Part shown: piece after piece, positions 24,664 to 36,105 of the stretch | Layout of the letters: each line of letters begins with the position of its first letter | How positions within the stretch are numbered: position 1 is the stretch's first letter | Assembly: GCA_035221665.1 (NCBI GenBank) | Contig: CM069163.1 | Span: 7,130,001-7,194,000, forward strand | DNA length: 64,000 bases | DNA from: Okamejei kenojei | Lineage: Eukaryota | Reading direction: 5' to 3' | The notes under the pieces: generated by a model | Told to the model about the DNA's origin: nothing | Databases searched by the model: none | Seen by the model: the letters and a program-made list of their open reading frames with translations, nothing else | Program-made: the position numbers and the translations under genes

Positions 24664-24861
24664 AGGGTACACAAAAGGCTGGAGAAACTCAGCAGGCGCA
24701 GCAGCATCTAAGGAGCGAAGGAGATAGGCAACGTTTCGGGCCGAAACCGTTCCCAAAACGTTGCCCATCTCCTTCGCTCCTTAAATGCTGCTGCACCCGC
24801 TGAGTTTCTCCAGCCTTTTATGTACCCTCGATTTTCCAGCATCTGCAGTTCCTTCTTTAAC
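24664..24861. mobile_element. Fold-back PLE-derived element (about 77-bp arms) with 15-bp TSD
   Basis: aatcctgaaacattg at 24649-24663 and 24862-24876; arms at about 24663-24740 and 24752-24829. Confidence 0.9.
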
Positions 24862-26076
24862 AATCCTGAAACATTGTTTAACAGTGCACTTGCTTTTCCA
24901 ATGATACCGGGTTTTGCTCATCTCTCAGCATATCCTAATTAACAGTCTTTCAATATGCAGCACACCTGCCCTTTTGGATAAAGGGAATGTGCATTTGCAC
25001 AGAACACTGCATTCAAAGGCCAATAAATAAATTACAGGTCAAAAATATTACAAAGCATTCTCCAAAGAAACTCACTTCCTTCTCCATTCGAAACACATGT
25101 GAAAGACACCTAAATCCCATCAAACTGCATGATTACAAAGGCATTCACGCTGAATAATCTGATTGCAATTCAAGAGATTTTCAACAGCTCATTAACAATC
25201 CATTAATACATGGAAAGCTTTTAATTTATATTTAAAAAAGATTAGAACTGACCAAAGATATATTGTTCCGTGGAACCTGAAACAAACATTTTTTTTGCAT
25301 AGACAATTTAGATTCAATCTCAGCCTTAATGGCATATTACAGCAGAGAAACTAATAAACATGTGAAATTGGATTTTCTTGCCTTCAAAATACTTTTTTGT
25401 GGGTAATTCCAGAGATCAAATTTACACAACAAAACTCCTGTTTTTGTTGGCTATGTTTCAGTTTGGCTAAGCAAGTACTAGAAAAGGAATCTGAGCTTCA
25501 CTGCCAGATGTGCTGAAGGGCCACGCAGTAAATATTTACCCACATTCTTCATTCAGATATTTATTTGAGCTGCCGCACATCTCCAAAACTTCAAGTTCAT
25601 ATCTCTTATCATCAATTATGGCAAAAAGCTTTTTAGCTTTAAAGTTTCATTCCTTCATTCTCCCCCCTCACCTCCCCATCCTTTCCTCTGGCATTCATCC
25701 AAATTTACAGTCATCTGCATATGAGCAATCCGGCAGCATTTCATTTCAGCAGATTCTTAAGAATGCAAGTCACAAAAAGGACCAGATTCTTGGGTGATTT
25801 TTTATGTACAGGACCATGTTCGATCTTATTTGGAGTTAATCGCAGGATAACTTTTCCCTCTCCTCCCTCTTCCATCCATCGCAGCAATTTTTTCTTGGGA
25901 AACCTTCCAGTCTATATTAAACTGCACTTTTGATCTAAAAATCTGTGCTCAGCTACATACTGCAAATTCTTTGCTACATTTTAAATAATTTTTAACGGAC
26001 AGACGATGGATGGATGCTGAGATTACAAATCTACAGATGAAATCATATTCCAAAGTAAAAGGTTCCTTCTACCCTA

Positions 26077-26271
26077 AAATAAAGACATGAGGTGCTGGGT
26101 CACTCACTAGGTCAGGCAGCTTCCCCGGAGAACAAGGATAAGTGATTTCTGGTCGGGGCCCTTATTCAGGCTGATCTATGTTCTCCAGGGATGCTGCTTG
26201 ACCTACTGAGTTATTCCAGCACTTTGTGTCTGTTTTTTGTAGATCAGCATCTGCAGTTCCTTATTTTTACA
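26077..26271. mobile_element. Fold-back PLE-derived element with 14-bp TSD
   Basis: ttccttctacccta at 26063-26076 and 26272-26285; diverged inverted arms. Confidence 0.85.
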
Positions 26272-28847
26272 TTCCTTCTACCCTACCTTCTGTCTAAAGT
26301 CAGTATTATGCATTGGTCATGAATATTAGGTAATCAAATATTACCCAATCGTAATGTATGAGAATATCATTAAAGTCTCTTACCCATTTGACCAATGTTT
26401 ATTGGAAATTAATTATCATATTTTTTAATACTTTCTTTCCTTGTAAATACTTTATTTCCTTATAAATACTTATTAGAATAAAAAGTTTTTTTTCCAGCAT
26501 CCAATTTTCTTCTGAATAAGAGTGTGTTTTAGGAACAATACATTCTATGCAAATCTGATCTGAATAGCTTTGAAAAGCCCAGGTGCTGCCTTCCTGTCCA
26601 AACCATTGATGGAACAGATGTGCATTGACAGCACTGTTAGCTGAACATACACTGTGTGAGTCTGAGAGCTAATGTCACTTTCACTCTTGCATAAAGCATT
26701 GGTGTGGTATGTGCACGCTTCTCATGTCAGGTTTATTAAGTATAACACATTCTGAAGCACTATGCATTCCACTTTCCGGGCTAACCCAGTTGTCACTTTC
26801 ACTTGTCTTGTTCTGTATGGAGGAAAAATGCAACACTGGGAATTTACAAGACTTTTCTGTTAAATGGCCATAAATCACAGGTTTCATTCAAACCGAATAA
26901 TCACTGGCCATAAAGAGCTACTTGTCTCTTACCATATATTACAGTCAAGTTCCTGTGAGCAATAATGCATCCATTCATAGAAAAGAAAAACAGAGCTAGA
27001 CATTAAGAATTGACATCTAATTCTGTTACAGGGGACAATGTGTAGAGTGTGGATGACATTTTTATCATACATGTCTATTTCCATTTGGAAAATAAACAGA
27101 ATAAAAATGATTACCCAACTGCCCAAACTCCAGCTTCCAAGAGACGTCCTCTGAGGTCTCTCGATACCAGTTTTATAATATTTCATTAAATGTGTAGGCT
27201 CGAAAGCAGAGACGAGTTCTGGCCTTGTGGAATAAACAAAGAAAATAAACCTGAAATAACTATGGATTAACCTCTTATGAATTATAAAATAAATTACATG
27301 CAATTTGATGAATATGAAATGTATGTTGCGGGTGGGAGGGGCCGCTGTGTTTTTTTCATCTTGTGTATTTCATTTATCTCCTTTATGTTCTAAGGCAGGG
27401 TGGAGAGAGGCAGCAAAAATGCTTGTTTTAAATCAGCCGTAACTGGCTGCTGTGCGCAAAAATCGGAATTAAATTGTTCATTATTCTAAAACATTGTGCT
27501 GTCCAAATTATTGGAGGATGAGGGCTTGCAATATGGACATGGGATGTTTCTACAAAAACAATGAAAGGAAAAAACACTCTGAAAAATATCATTTGTAAGG
27601 GTTTTTTGTAACAATTTGTTTCCATCATGTATACATATGTTTCCTTTTGGCACAACTCCTTCCACAGTCAACAGACATAAAGTACAGCCTTTATGACTGA
27701 ACTTCCTTTTAATATGAGTTTTACAGAACACTCTAATTAATTTCTACTTCAGAGCCTCGTGATCCAGGTTCTGCCAATCCAGTAAGTTGCCAACAAATAT
27801 TTCAGTGTATACAACGCAACAGTAAAAGTCATGTAAGAAACTTACAAGAAACATAATAAATCCGCCAGTTACCCCATTCTTTTCACAAAACCAACTTAAA
27901 TAGAATAGTACAGACTCTCTTGGTAGCTATAACATTGCACCAGGGGATAACAGAATAACAGGATCAGGTCATTGTGTTCCCACACTCTGGTCCAAAACCT
28001 TCATATGCAAGTTTATTAGATTCTAATCTGAAGCCTGTTTACTTTTACTCAGAGTTGTAAAACACCAAATGCTCTAAAATAAAAAGGTGATGAATAAATA
28101 TTTTATTACACAGTAATAATCATCAACATTTGTAGCACATGAAGCTGCCTCCAACTGTTTAAGAAAGACCTAGAGAGCATTCACTTTTGTCCGCTGCATT
28201 TGCTCATTTCACTTCAACAATTCAAGGGCATGGAAACTATTGGCCAGAAATTTAATTGCATAATAATCTCTGCTTTTGACAATATGCAAATGAAAAATCA
28301 ATTTTCTTGTTGGAGTAATATTCAATAATGACTACTGCTGGGTCACTCATGTCAAGGAAGAAATTTGGCCAAGCATGAAACACCTTAGTACCCTGACGGC
28401 TTCTACAAAGAGGTGCAGGAGGTGCCATCGTTATAATTACACCTGATCACATATATCCTACGCACCCCCAAGGCCAAGATCCAGACTCTCATCTACTTCC
28501 TGATCAACCAAGATCCTCAACGGAGGCCTCAATCCACCTACACCGCCACCCCCACCATCGATCTCTGCCCAATCCTTGGCATGAACTCCTTCCCTTCAGT
28601 CCCCAAATGACTTTGAATCAAAGGTCATCAAGCTGGAATATTACACCTATTTCTCCCTCCATATATGCTGCCCGATCTGAAGAATATTTCAAAAATTTCT
28701 GTTGTATTTCAGACTCTTTCAACTTTACAATGCATTGACTGGTGTTGCAAAAGCAAACACACACTTACTTTGTACAAACCAAGTTTCCACATAGCAATGA
28801 TATAAATGATCAATTGATCTGGTGTGGCTGTGTCAGTGGAAACTAAT

Positions 28848-29150
28848 GGCAGTGGCACAGCGGTAGAGTTGCTGCCTTACAGCGCCAGAGACCCAGATTC
28901 GATCCTGACTATGGGTGCTGTCTGCACAGAGCTTATACATTTTCCCCCTGACCTGCGTGGGTTTTCTCCGGGATCTCCAGTGACCTCCCACACTCCTACG
29001 ACGTACAGGTTTATAGGCTAATTGGCTTGGTATAATTATAAATTGACCCTCAGGCGTAGGATAGTGTTAGTGTATGGGGATCGTTAATCGGCGCGGACTC
29101 GGTGGGGCAAAGGGCCCATTTCCGCGCTGTATCTCTAAACTAAACTAAAC
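28848..29150 (+). mobile_element. Near full-length tRNA-derived V-SINE (HE1-like)
   Basis: A-box tggcacagcggtagag, B-box-like gattcgatcc, V-domain gggttttctccggg...cctcccacactcc, tail tgtatctc(taaac)3. Confidence 0.9.
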
Positions 29151-32100
29151 GAATGCTCTTCTTAAAAATGAACCTTTCTGGTTTTTGATCGCGACCTGAA
29201 TCATGGGAATTTTGAAACATTATTTAATATTTTGTTACGAAGGTAACCGAAAACCTCTTTGGCACTGGAGAGATGCTTGAACTTGATATGCTTCCTCCCA
29301 GTTCCCCTGCTGCCACGAAATTCTGTTGTGAATGAAGTTCTCGTTGTTTGTGGAAGGAGAGGGAAATGGACACATAGGGGAAAGACTCCTGGTGGATGTT
29401 TGTTATCCAGTGAAAAAGCCTAGCTCACCAAAGGAGCAGAAAGAGTTCAAATTATGAATTTGAAGAATGTGGGGGGGGGGGGGGGCAACATGTGGAAATG
29501 GTTGAATCAAGGGAGTTTGAGTGCCCCGAGAAGAATCACCTAGAGCAACATAATTTTAAGTGGGATTTACTTGCAGCTGCCTCCTGTTGCAGACTCTGGC
29601 CTGGAATCTGCTCTTCATGAGCAGCCTGTGACATTTCCAAGCCGCATATACATGATAGAAATGCATAGAATTGAGACACATGTTCTGCCTGGTTGTACAC
29701 TATAGGTCTGGGTTTCTCAGATGTATGGAGGGCCTGCAAGAAAAATGCAGCATCCTTGATTTTCCTTAAAGTATTTTCATAAAACTCTAGCACCTCAAGC
29801 CCAAGAGATTGTATTCCTGAATAGAATTGAGACCAATACAATTATTAATGAAGAACTGCGACAAACTACTTCACTTTTAATCTTCACACGCAGAGCAGTA
29901 ATTTTTCATTGTGCTTGGACCTCAATATAGTTGTGCACATGATAATAAATTCAACTTGACTTGACGTGAGAATATTAGGAAGTGAACTCACAATAATTTG
30001 CAGTTGCAAATAGGACTTAAGTTATTGATTAATTCATTTTATGCAAGCCCCTTCCTTTCCTCTCCCGCCCCTCACCGCCGACAACTTTCAGGTCAGCAAT
30101 AACGAACCGGATGAACTACACAGCCACAATACTTAAAATCAAAGAATACTTAAAATCAAATACCATCCTCCAACTTATTTTTTTACTCACAAGCTACCGG
30201 TTACTTGAAGTAACCAGTAACTTCAATAACTATATAAAATAAAATATAATAAAATGCCATTATTTGCGGTATGCAAGAATTTTTTTTCTTAGACAATTTA
30301 CAAATTAAATAATCCTGGAACAAGAGTATACTCTCTCCACCAAAAAAACTCACTGTCTACAAAGGACTCTGTCAGAATAGGTAGCTTCTTCCATGAGTCT
30401 TGAATTTGAGAATGTCAAATACAAGAGGCTGACAGTTGTGAAAGCGAGCAGAGGGATAAGATAACTGAAACAAACATCTTGTACATCAGGCACACAAAAA
30501 TTAATCACAGCCCAACTGAAATGCTGACATTTCTGGAAAGTGTCATTCGAAATGACAGCCCACTGGGAAATGTGATAATTGGTAAACAAGGTCTCTCACC
30601 TATTTGTGTGACCTTTTGCCCAAATGGGCACACAGCCAGTGAACAGTGGTCTACAGGCCACTGGCAGGCTTCAGTGATCACAAATAGTGGCAAGGGAGAG
30701 AACCATTACAAGCCAATGCAATCTCATTATGGTTTATTAGGATTTTCTTAAGGTGATTCTTTATTCAGACCCCAGGCAAAGATGCAAATGTGTTACTGAA
30801 AGCCCCTTAAAAAATACCCACAGGCTAGTCCTTGGTATAGTGTGTGGGCCAGGTCTTTTCTCGTGTCCTAATTAGACATGTAGGGATTCAGATGACTAAT
30901 GCAAAAACAGGTCAAGCAGCAACAAATGGCTGCACATGTACTGGCCAAGACCAGAGTTAATCGTATACTACGTGTGCACCAGTAGATGTACATCAGTTTG
31001 ATTTTTTGGTACAATTAATCTTTGGCAGCTGGTTCAAGCACTGTGTTTTCCGTTCCGTTTGGTTCAAGCATTGGAACATATAAGCTCCAAGCTGGAAAAG
31101 GGAACCAAGACAATAACATGAGGTGTTTGTAGGGAACATCAGGCTATATTTTAATTAGCAGAGTTCCTCATTGTTCATTAGAGCTCACCCCTCCCAACAC
31201 AACAGCCCTTCATAGATAGTTATATGACATGGTTCCTCAAGAACTCATGATATCGTTTTCAAATTCACATTCAGCTTTTTGAACACAAGTATCTATTGGG
31301 AATTAATACCTGCTCTTTTACCATTCAGGTTACATTATTTTAATAGATTATCTACAGAACTAATACACATTAAACTTTACGCTCCTTTGAAGTCGAGGCT
31401 AAAGGGAATATTTTTCTGTCTAATGTAATCTAAATAATAGATATGGTTTTATAAAATTATATTACCCTGGGTTATAATATTCCACGACCACATTCTGATG
31501 TAAAATACTCTGCCAGCATTTAAATAAAACATAGTAAACAAAGAAAAAGTATTGTGGAACGCAACTTCCTAAACAAGCTTTATTCCTTCGAGTCCAAAAA
31601 TAGTATGATGCCCATTCATTTTACGAAATTACTGAAAAAACATACACCGAGTCAATTCCGTGATCGTTGGAACATTGGAAAATTGTTTAAAATAATTACA
31701 GTATCCATCAACTGTACCTGAACTGAGCAGGAAGTAAAATTGGGGGAATTTTTATTCTGATCATTTTCAGGGCAAGTCAACACATGTTGGAACATGCTAT
31801 GCCGTTTGACATCAGGTGAACTAACAGCTGAAGAGGTACTGCACATAGTAACAATTCCTTGAACAAGGAATTGTTCAGCATGAAGCATTATATATCATTT
31901 TCCCTAACAAGGTTTAAAGTTATGGTGCTTTTGGAGTAAAACATTAACTCAATTGCAAAGTTGTAAAGTTTAATTGCAAAATTAATCACTTGTTGTTGAG
32001 CTTCCAAACTTTTCACCAGAATCTATTTAACGTTACAGTAGATCGGATCACTAGTATTATAAAATCAAAGACTAAACCAACCTCCATGATATTGCTCACC

Positions 32101-32663
32101 AGAATACAGTTTTAAACATTGTGATTAATGCTATTGACAAAACCTTACATCATCCAAATTATTTCATACTCCCACCTGAAGCTCCAACTAAATTGCAAAG
32201 AAGGCATTTAACATATCTGGGAGCACAATAGGCGCTTATGTCACCAACAAAATGTCCAGAACGGGAGCTTTAAGTTAATCACATTGGTCAGGAGAAGTAA
32301 CTTCTTGAGCCATGATTGATTCCATCCAAGAATTATGGCTGTCAAAGCAATAAGGTGGAATTGGCAAGCATGTACATAAAAGCAGAGAGCATTTGAGCTC
32401 ATCTGTGGTGCACTGCAAATATTGCAGCTTTTGATCTAATACTCATTCCTTTGAGCCGTGCATTAAATCAGCACTTTGTGAACTTTCTCTGAAAATGTGC
32501 ACCATTTGCTGACGATGGCCTTTTGGTAACGGGAATGTGCTAGAATTAGTGCGCATGGTTCCTGCAACTTGTGTGACTGTATAACCAAGAATTGGTGGGA
32601 TCAGGGGTGGAAAATAATATATTAACTCAGTCAAGATGATTATGGGCAGAGATAAGAGAGCAA

Positions 32664-32788
32664 CAGGGTCTCGACCCGAATCGTCACCCATTCCTTCTCT
32701 CCAGAGATGCTGCCTATCCCGCTGAGTTACTCCAGCACTTTGTGTCTACCTTCGATTTAAACTAGCATCTGCAGTTCTTTCCTAAACA
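32664..32788 (+). mobile_element. PLE-derived short element (truncated hammerhead-like core)
   Basis: agggtctcgacccgaatcgtcacc...gctgagttactccagc...agcatctgcagttctttc. Confidence 0.8.
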
Positions 32789-34134
32789 TAAAATCATGAT
32801 TGCTTTCAATGAAACAACAATTTAGATTAGAGTTTACTGGGCTCAATTCAAGGTTGTGAGAAGGTAGGTTCATTTAGTGATACAAGGGTGTTCTGAATGA
32901 AGAAGAAACTAAAGTGAAAAGTTGTCTTGAGAAGCTTATTTAATTTCATAGAATTTTAGAAAAATCAGGCAAGAACAGCAGGCGTAATGCTGCTATAAGA
33001 GCCCCAGAGGTTAGGAACTGAAAGATATGTACCATCTATTCAACCCAACATAAAAACTTCTCTTTTTGCAGCCATAAACTATTGTGCAATTTTAATATAT
33101 TACAATATTTTGTGCACGGCTAACCCAAACTTCAATCTGAACATCTGTGTAATATAATGTCTGGGCATGCATCCATGTTTTCCCACACTAATTAACTATA
33201 CATCAGCCAAAAATAAATGTCATATTCCTCACAGAGCACTGGCAACTGAGTGCAATTATGTGATTCTAGTCATTTGCCTAAATCAGTACAATATTTTCCT
33301 GAAAATAAAATCTGTAAAGCATTCATCCTAATGCTCCAACAACATGTAAAGCACTTTTCTACAGCGGCATGCTTCAATTCAACGAGAGTTTGGGGGTAAG
33401 ATAATTTGAAACATTTTCAACAATAATGATAAAATCTCAACGTTTTATTCTCGCAGCAAATTATTATATTCATATCTAAAATACATTAAGGGAGTGGTAT
33501 TCTGTTTTCGTCCCCAAAGGAAAATCATGTGGTTTTCAGGGTACCGCCTGCATTATTTGGTGGGTGATGTACTGGAAAACTTAAGGGAATGTCACAAGCA
33601 CAGGCAAGCCTGCAATACCAGCTACATTCAAGGGTGGCAGTGTGATGGGCATTTGAAATACCCAGGTTGACTCATCTTGCCCAGTATAGATTCATGGGTA
33701 GCTTCCACAAAGAGGACATCAAAATACACGGCCTAACACTGAATTGAAAATACTTCTTTAATAAATAACTTTACATGGTCATTTTTTTAAAAGGTTAAAT
33801 ATTTTTACATGTAGCTCCCTTTCATACATACCCTGGTTTGATCACCTAAGGTTTAATGAATAACCTTCTCCCCTGTATATCCTTTCTAAAAATTCCAATG
33901 GTACCAACACTTTATTCCATCTTCTGAGCGACCATTTCATTTAAATTAATGTGTGATTTGAGTAGAAATCTGTGGTTAATGATTAACCTTACGACTAGTC
34001 AGGTTGTCAACATTATCATCCATTGTGTTAACCAATTCAAGCTGTTAACATATTGCAGGTCAGTACTCGTTGAGCGCAGTGGAATAGCACTGGTCACTCT
34101 GATGGATATCTCATACTATTGCCCTGCCCAATCC

Positions 34135-34455
34135 ATGGAGGTAATTAAATCATGCGGGGCACTGAAAAGGTGAATGGTCAGAGTCTTTTGCCCTGGGTAG
34201 GGGATTCTAAAGCTAGATTTAAGATTAGATTGGAAAGATTTAAAGGAGATCTGAGGAGCAATCTTTGCACAGACAGTGGTGGGTATATAGAAAGAGCTGC
34301 CAGAAGTACTGGGAGAGGTGGGCACAATTACAACATTTAAAAGATATTTGGGAAGTAACATGGATAGAAGCAGCTTAGGAAATTATAGGGAAATGCAGGC
34401 ACATGGGACTAACTAAATCAACATGGTTGACATGCACAAATTGGACAAAAGGGTT
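34135..34455 (+). mobile_element. Decayed CR1 3' fragment
   Basis: gaggtaattaaatcatgcgggg...agatttaaaggagatctgaggagcaa...acaacatttaaaagatatttgg. Confidence 0.8.
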
Positions 34456-34754
34456 TCAAACACCGTCCAAACACCAAGTTTGATCCAATTTAATTCTTTA
34501 AAGAACAACCCTTTAAGGAACGACCGTGGCTTCAAAAGAAAGCACATCAATTGCTGCAATCTCTAGGGATGAAAGAATTGCTATGATGCTGTTCATTTAC
34601 AAAGCAATCTGTGATGAAGATACATGTCCAAACTTATAATTATGTGAAACCGGGGGGGTCATGATGTGCTCATCCAGAAAAAGCTGTTAGAGAAAGCTTG
34701 GCGAGTGGCTACAATATACTTTAATGCAACCATAGTACACTGATAATAAAGGAA

Positions 34755-35358
34755 ATCACTCATCAGCCAGGGCTGTGAGTACAGGAGGTCAGACATCCTG
34801 TTATGGCTGCACAAAACGTTGGGAAGAGCACATTTGACATACTGTACAGTTCTAGCTACCCTGCACTAGGATGGATGTCATTAAACTGGAAAGAATGCAA
34901 AAAAAGATGTACATGGATGTTACCATGTCTGGATGGGTCTGAGCTATCACAGGGGGCTGAATAGACTAGGTCTTTTTTCCCTGGAGCAAATGAGGATGTT
35001 GGGTTAACTGATAAAGCTGTATAAAGGGGCATGGAGATGGTGAATAGCCATAGTCTTTTCCCCAGGATAGGAGTGTTCAAAACTAGAGAGCATAGGTTTA
35101 AGATGAGAAGGGAGAAATTTTAAAAGAACCCAAGGAGAAATTCTTAAACACAAGAATGTTACTTCCCAAATATCTTTTAAATGTTGTAATTGTGCCCACC
35201 TCTCCCACTACCGCTGGCAGCTCTTTCTATATTCCCACCACTGTCTGTGTAAAGATTGCTCCTCAGATCTCCTTTAAATCTTTCCAATCTAGTCTTAAAT
35301 CTAGTTTTAGAATCTCCTACCCAGGGTGGTGCATACATGGAACGAGCTGTCAAAGGTA
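34755..35358 (+). mobile_element. Decayed CR1 fragment carrying an inverted 171-bp insertion
   Basis: gtgagtacaggaggtcagacatcctg...aaactagagagcataggtttaagatgagaaggg...; CR1 resumes at tggtgcatacatggaacgagctg. Confidence 0.75.
35156..35326 (-). repeat. Inverted duplicate of 34191-34361
   Basis: 171 bp, 8 mismatches and no gaps by manual alignment. Confidence 0.92.
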
Positions 35359-35371
35359 ACCAATCTCTAAT

Positions 35372-36105
35372 GAACAAAGGACAAAGGACATTTATTGTCA
35401 CATACACCAATTGGTGCAGTGACATTTGAGTTACCATGCAGCACACAAAAAGATAAACACAACACTATAGAATTTAACATAAAACATAAAAACATCCCTC
35501 CACAGCGGAATCAACGTTTCCCACTGAGACGGAAGGCAACAAAGTTCAGTCCTCTTCCTTTTCTTCACCCGTGGTCGGGGCCTATTGAGGCCTCCGCAGT
35601 CACCGCAATGGCGGCCCGATGTTTCAGGCCCTATCGCCGGGATGATGGAACTCCGGCGCTGGAAGAACACTCTCAGCGGCCTGGAGTTCCGAATCGGCCG
35701 CTTCCTACCGTAGACCGCGGCTGCCGAAGTCCACAGGCCGAGCTGAGCTGAGCTTCAACACAGGCGATCCTTGGTGAAAGATCCCAGGCCTCCGCGATGT
35801 TAAAGTCGGCAGTCCCAACACTCCAGAGCTCCAACACGGCGACCCCGGTAAGGCATCGCCCACTCCACGATGGTACTTCAGTGCTGCGCCGTTGCTGAAG
35901 CTCTGACCGGTCTCCGGCAGGAAAGGCCGCGCCAACCCAGATGGTAGGCCACGAGGAGGGGGCGAAGATGCGGTTCGGAGAAAAGACGCATCCTCGACCA
36001 GGTAGTGACTGAGAAAAACAGTTTCCCCCTTTCCCCCTACATTAAAAATACTAAAAGACCTCCAAAACAAAACTTTTAGACATACTAAAAATTAAGAAAA
36101 GGATG
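35372..36105 (-). mobile_element. GC/CpG-rich non-autonomous retroposon (family of 8150-8602)
   Basis: Minus-strand 3' tail gtgtatgtgacaataaatg; shared ctcgtggccta and gcggcctttcctg motifs. Confidence 0.7.

Noticed and set aside
26681-26887. ORF starting MKPV, similar to PBX exon-2 RMKPA
   Set aside because: Only 3 residues match; KHALNCH and LCEIKEKT are absent.
28848-28915. tRNA-like sequence with A and B boxes
   Set aside because: It is the head of a V-SINE and continues into the V-domain and tail; no complete cloverleaf.
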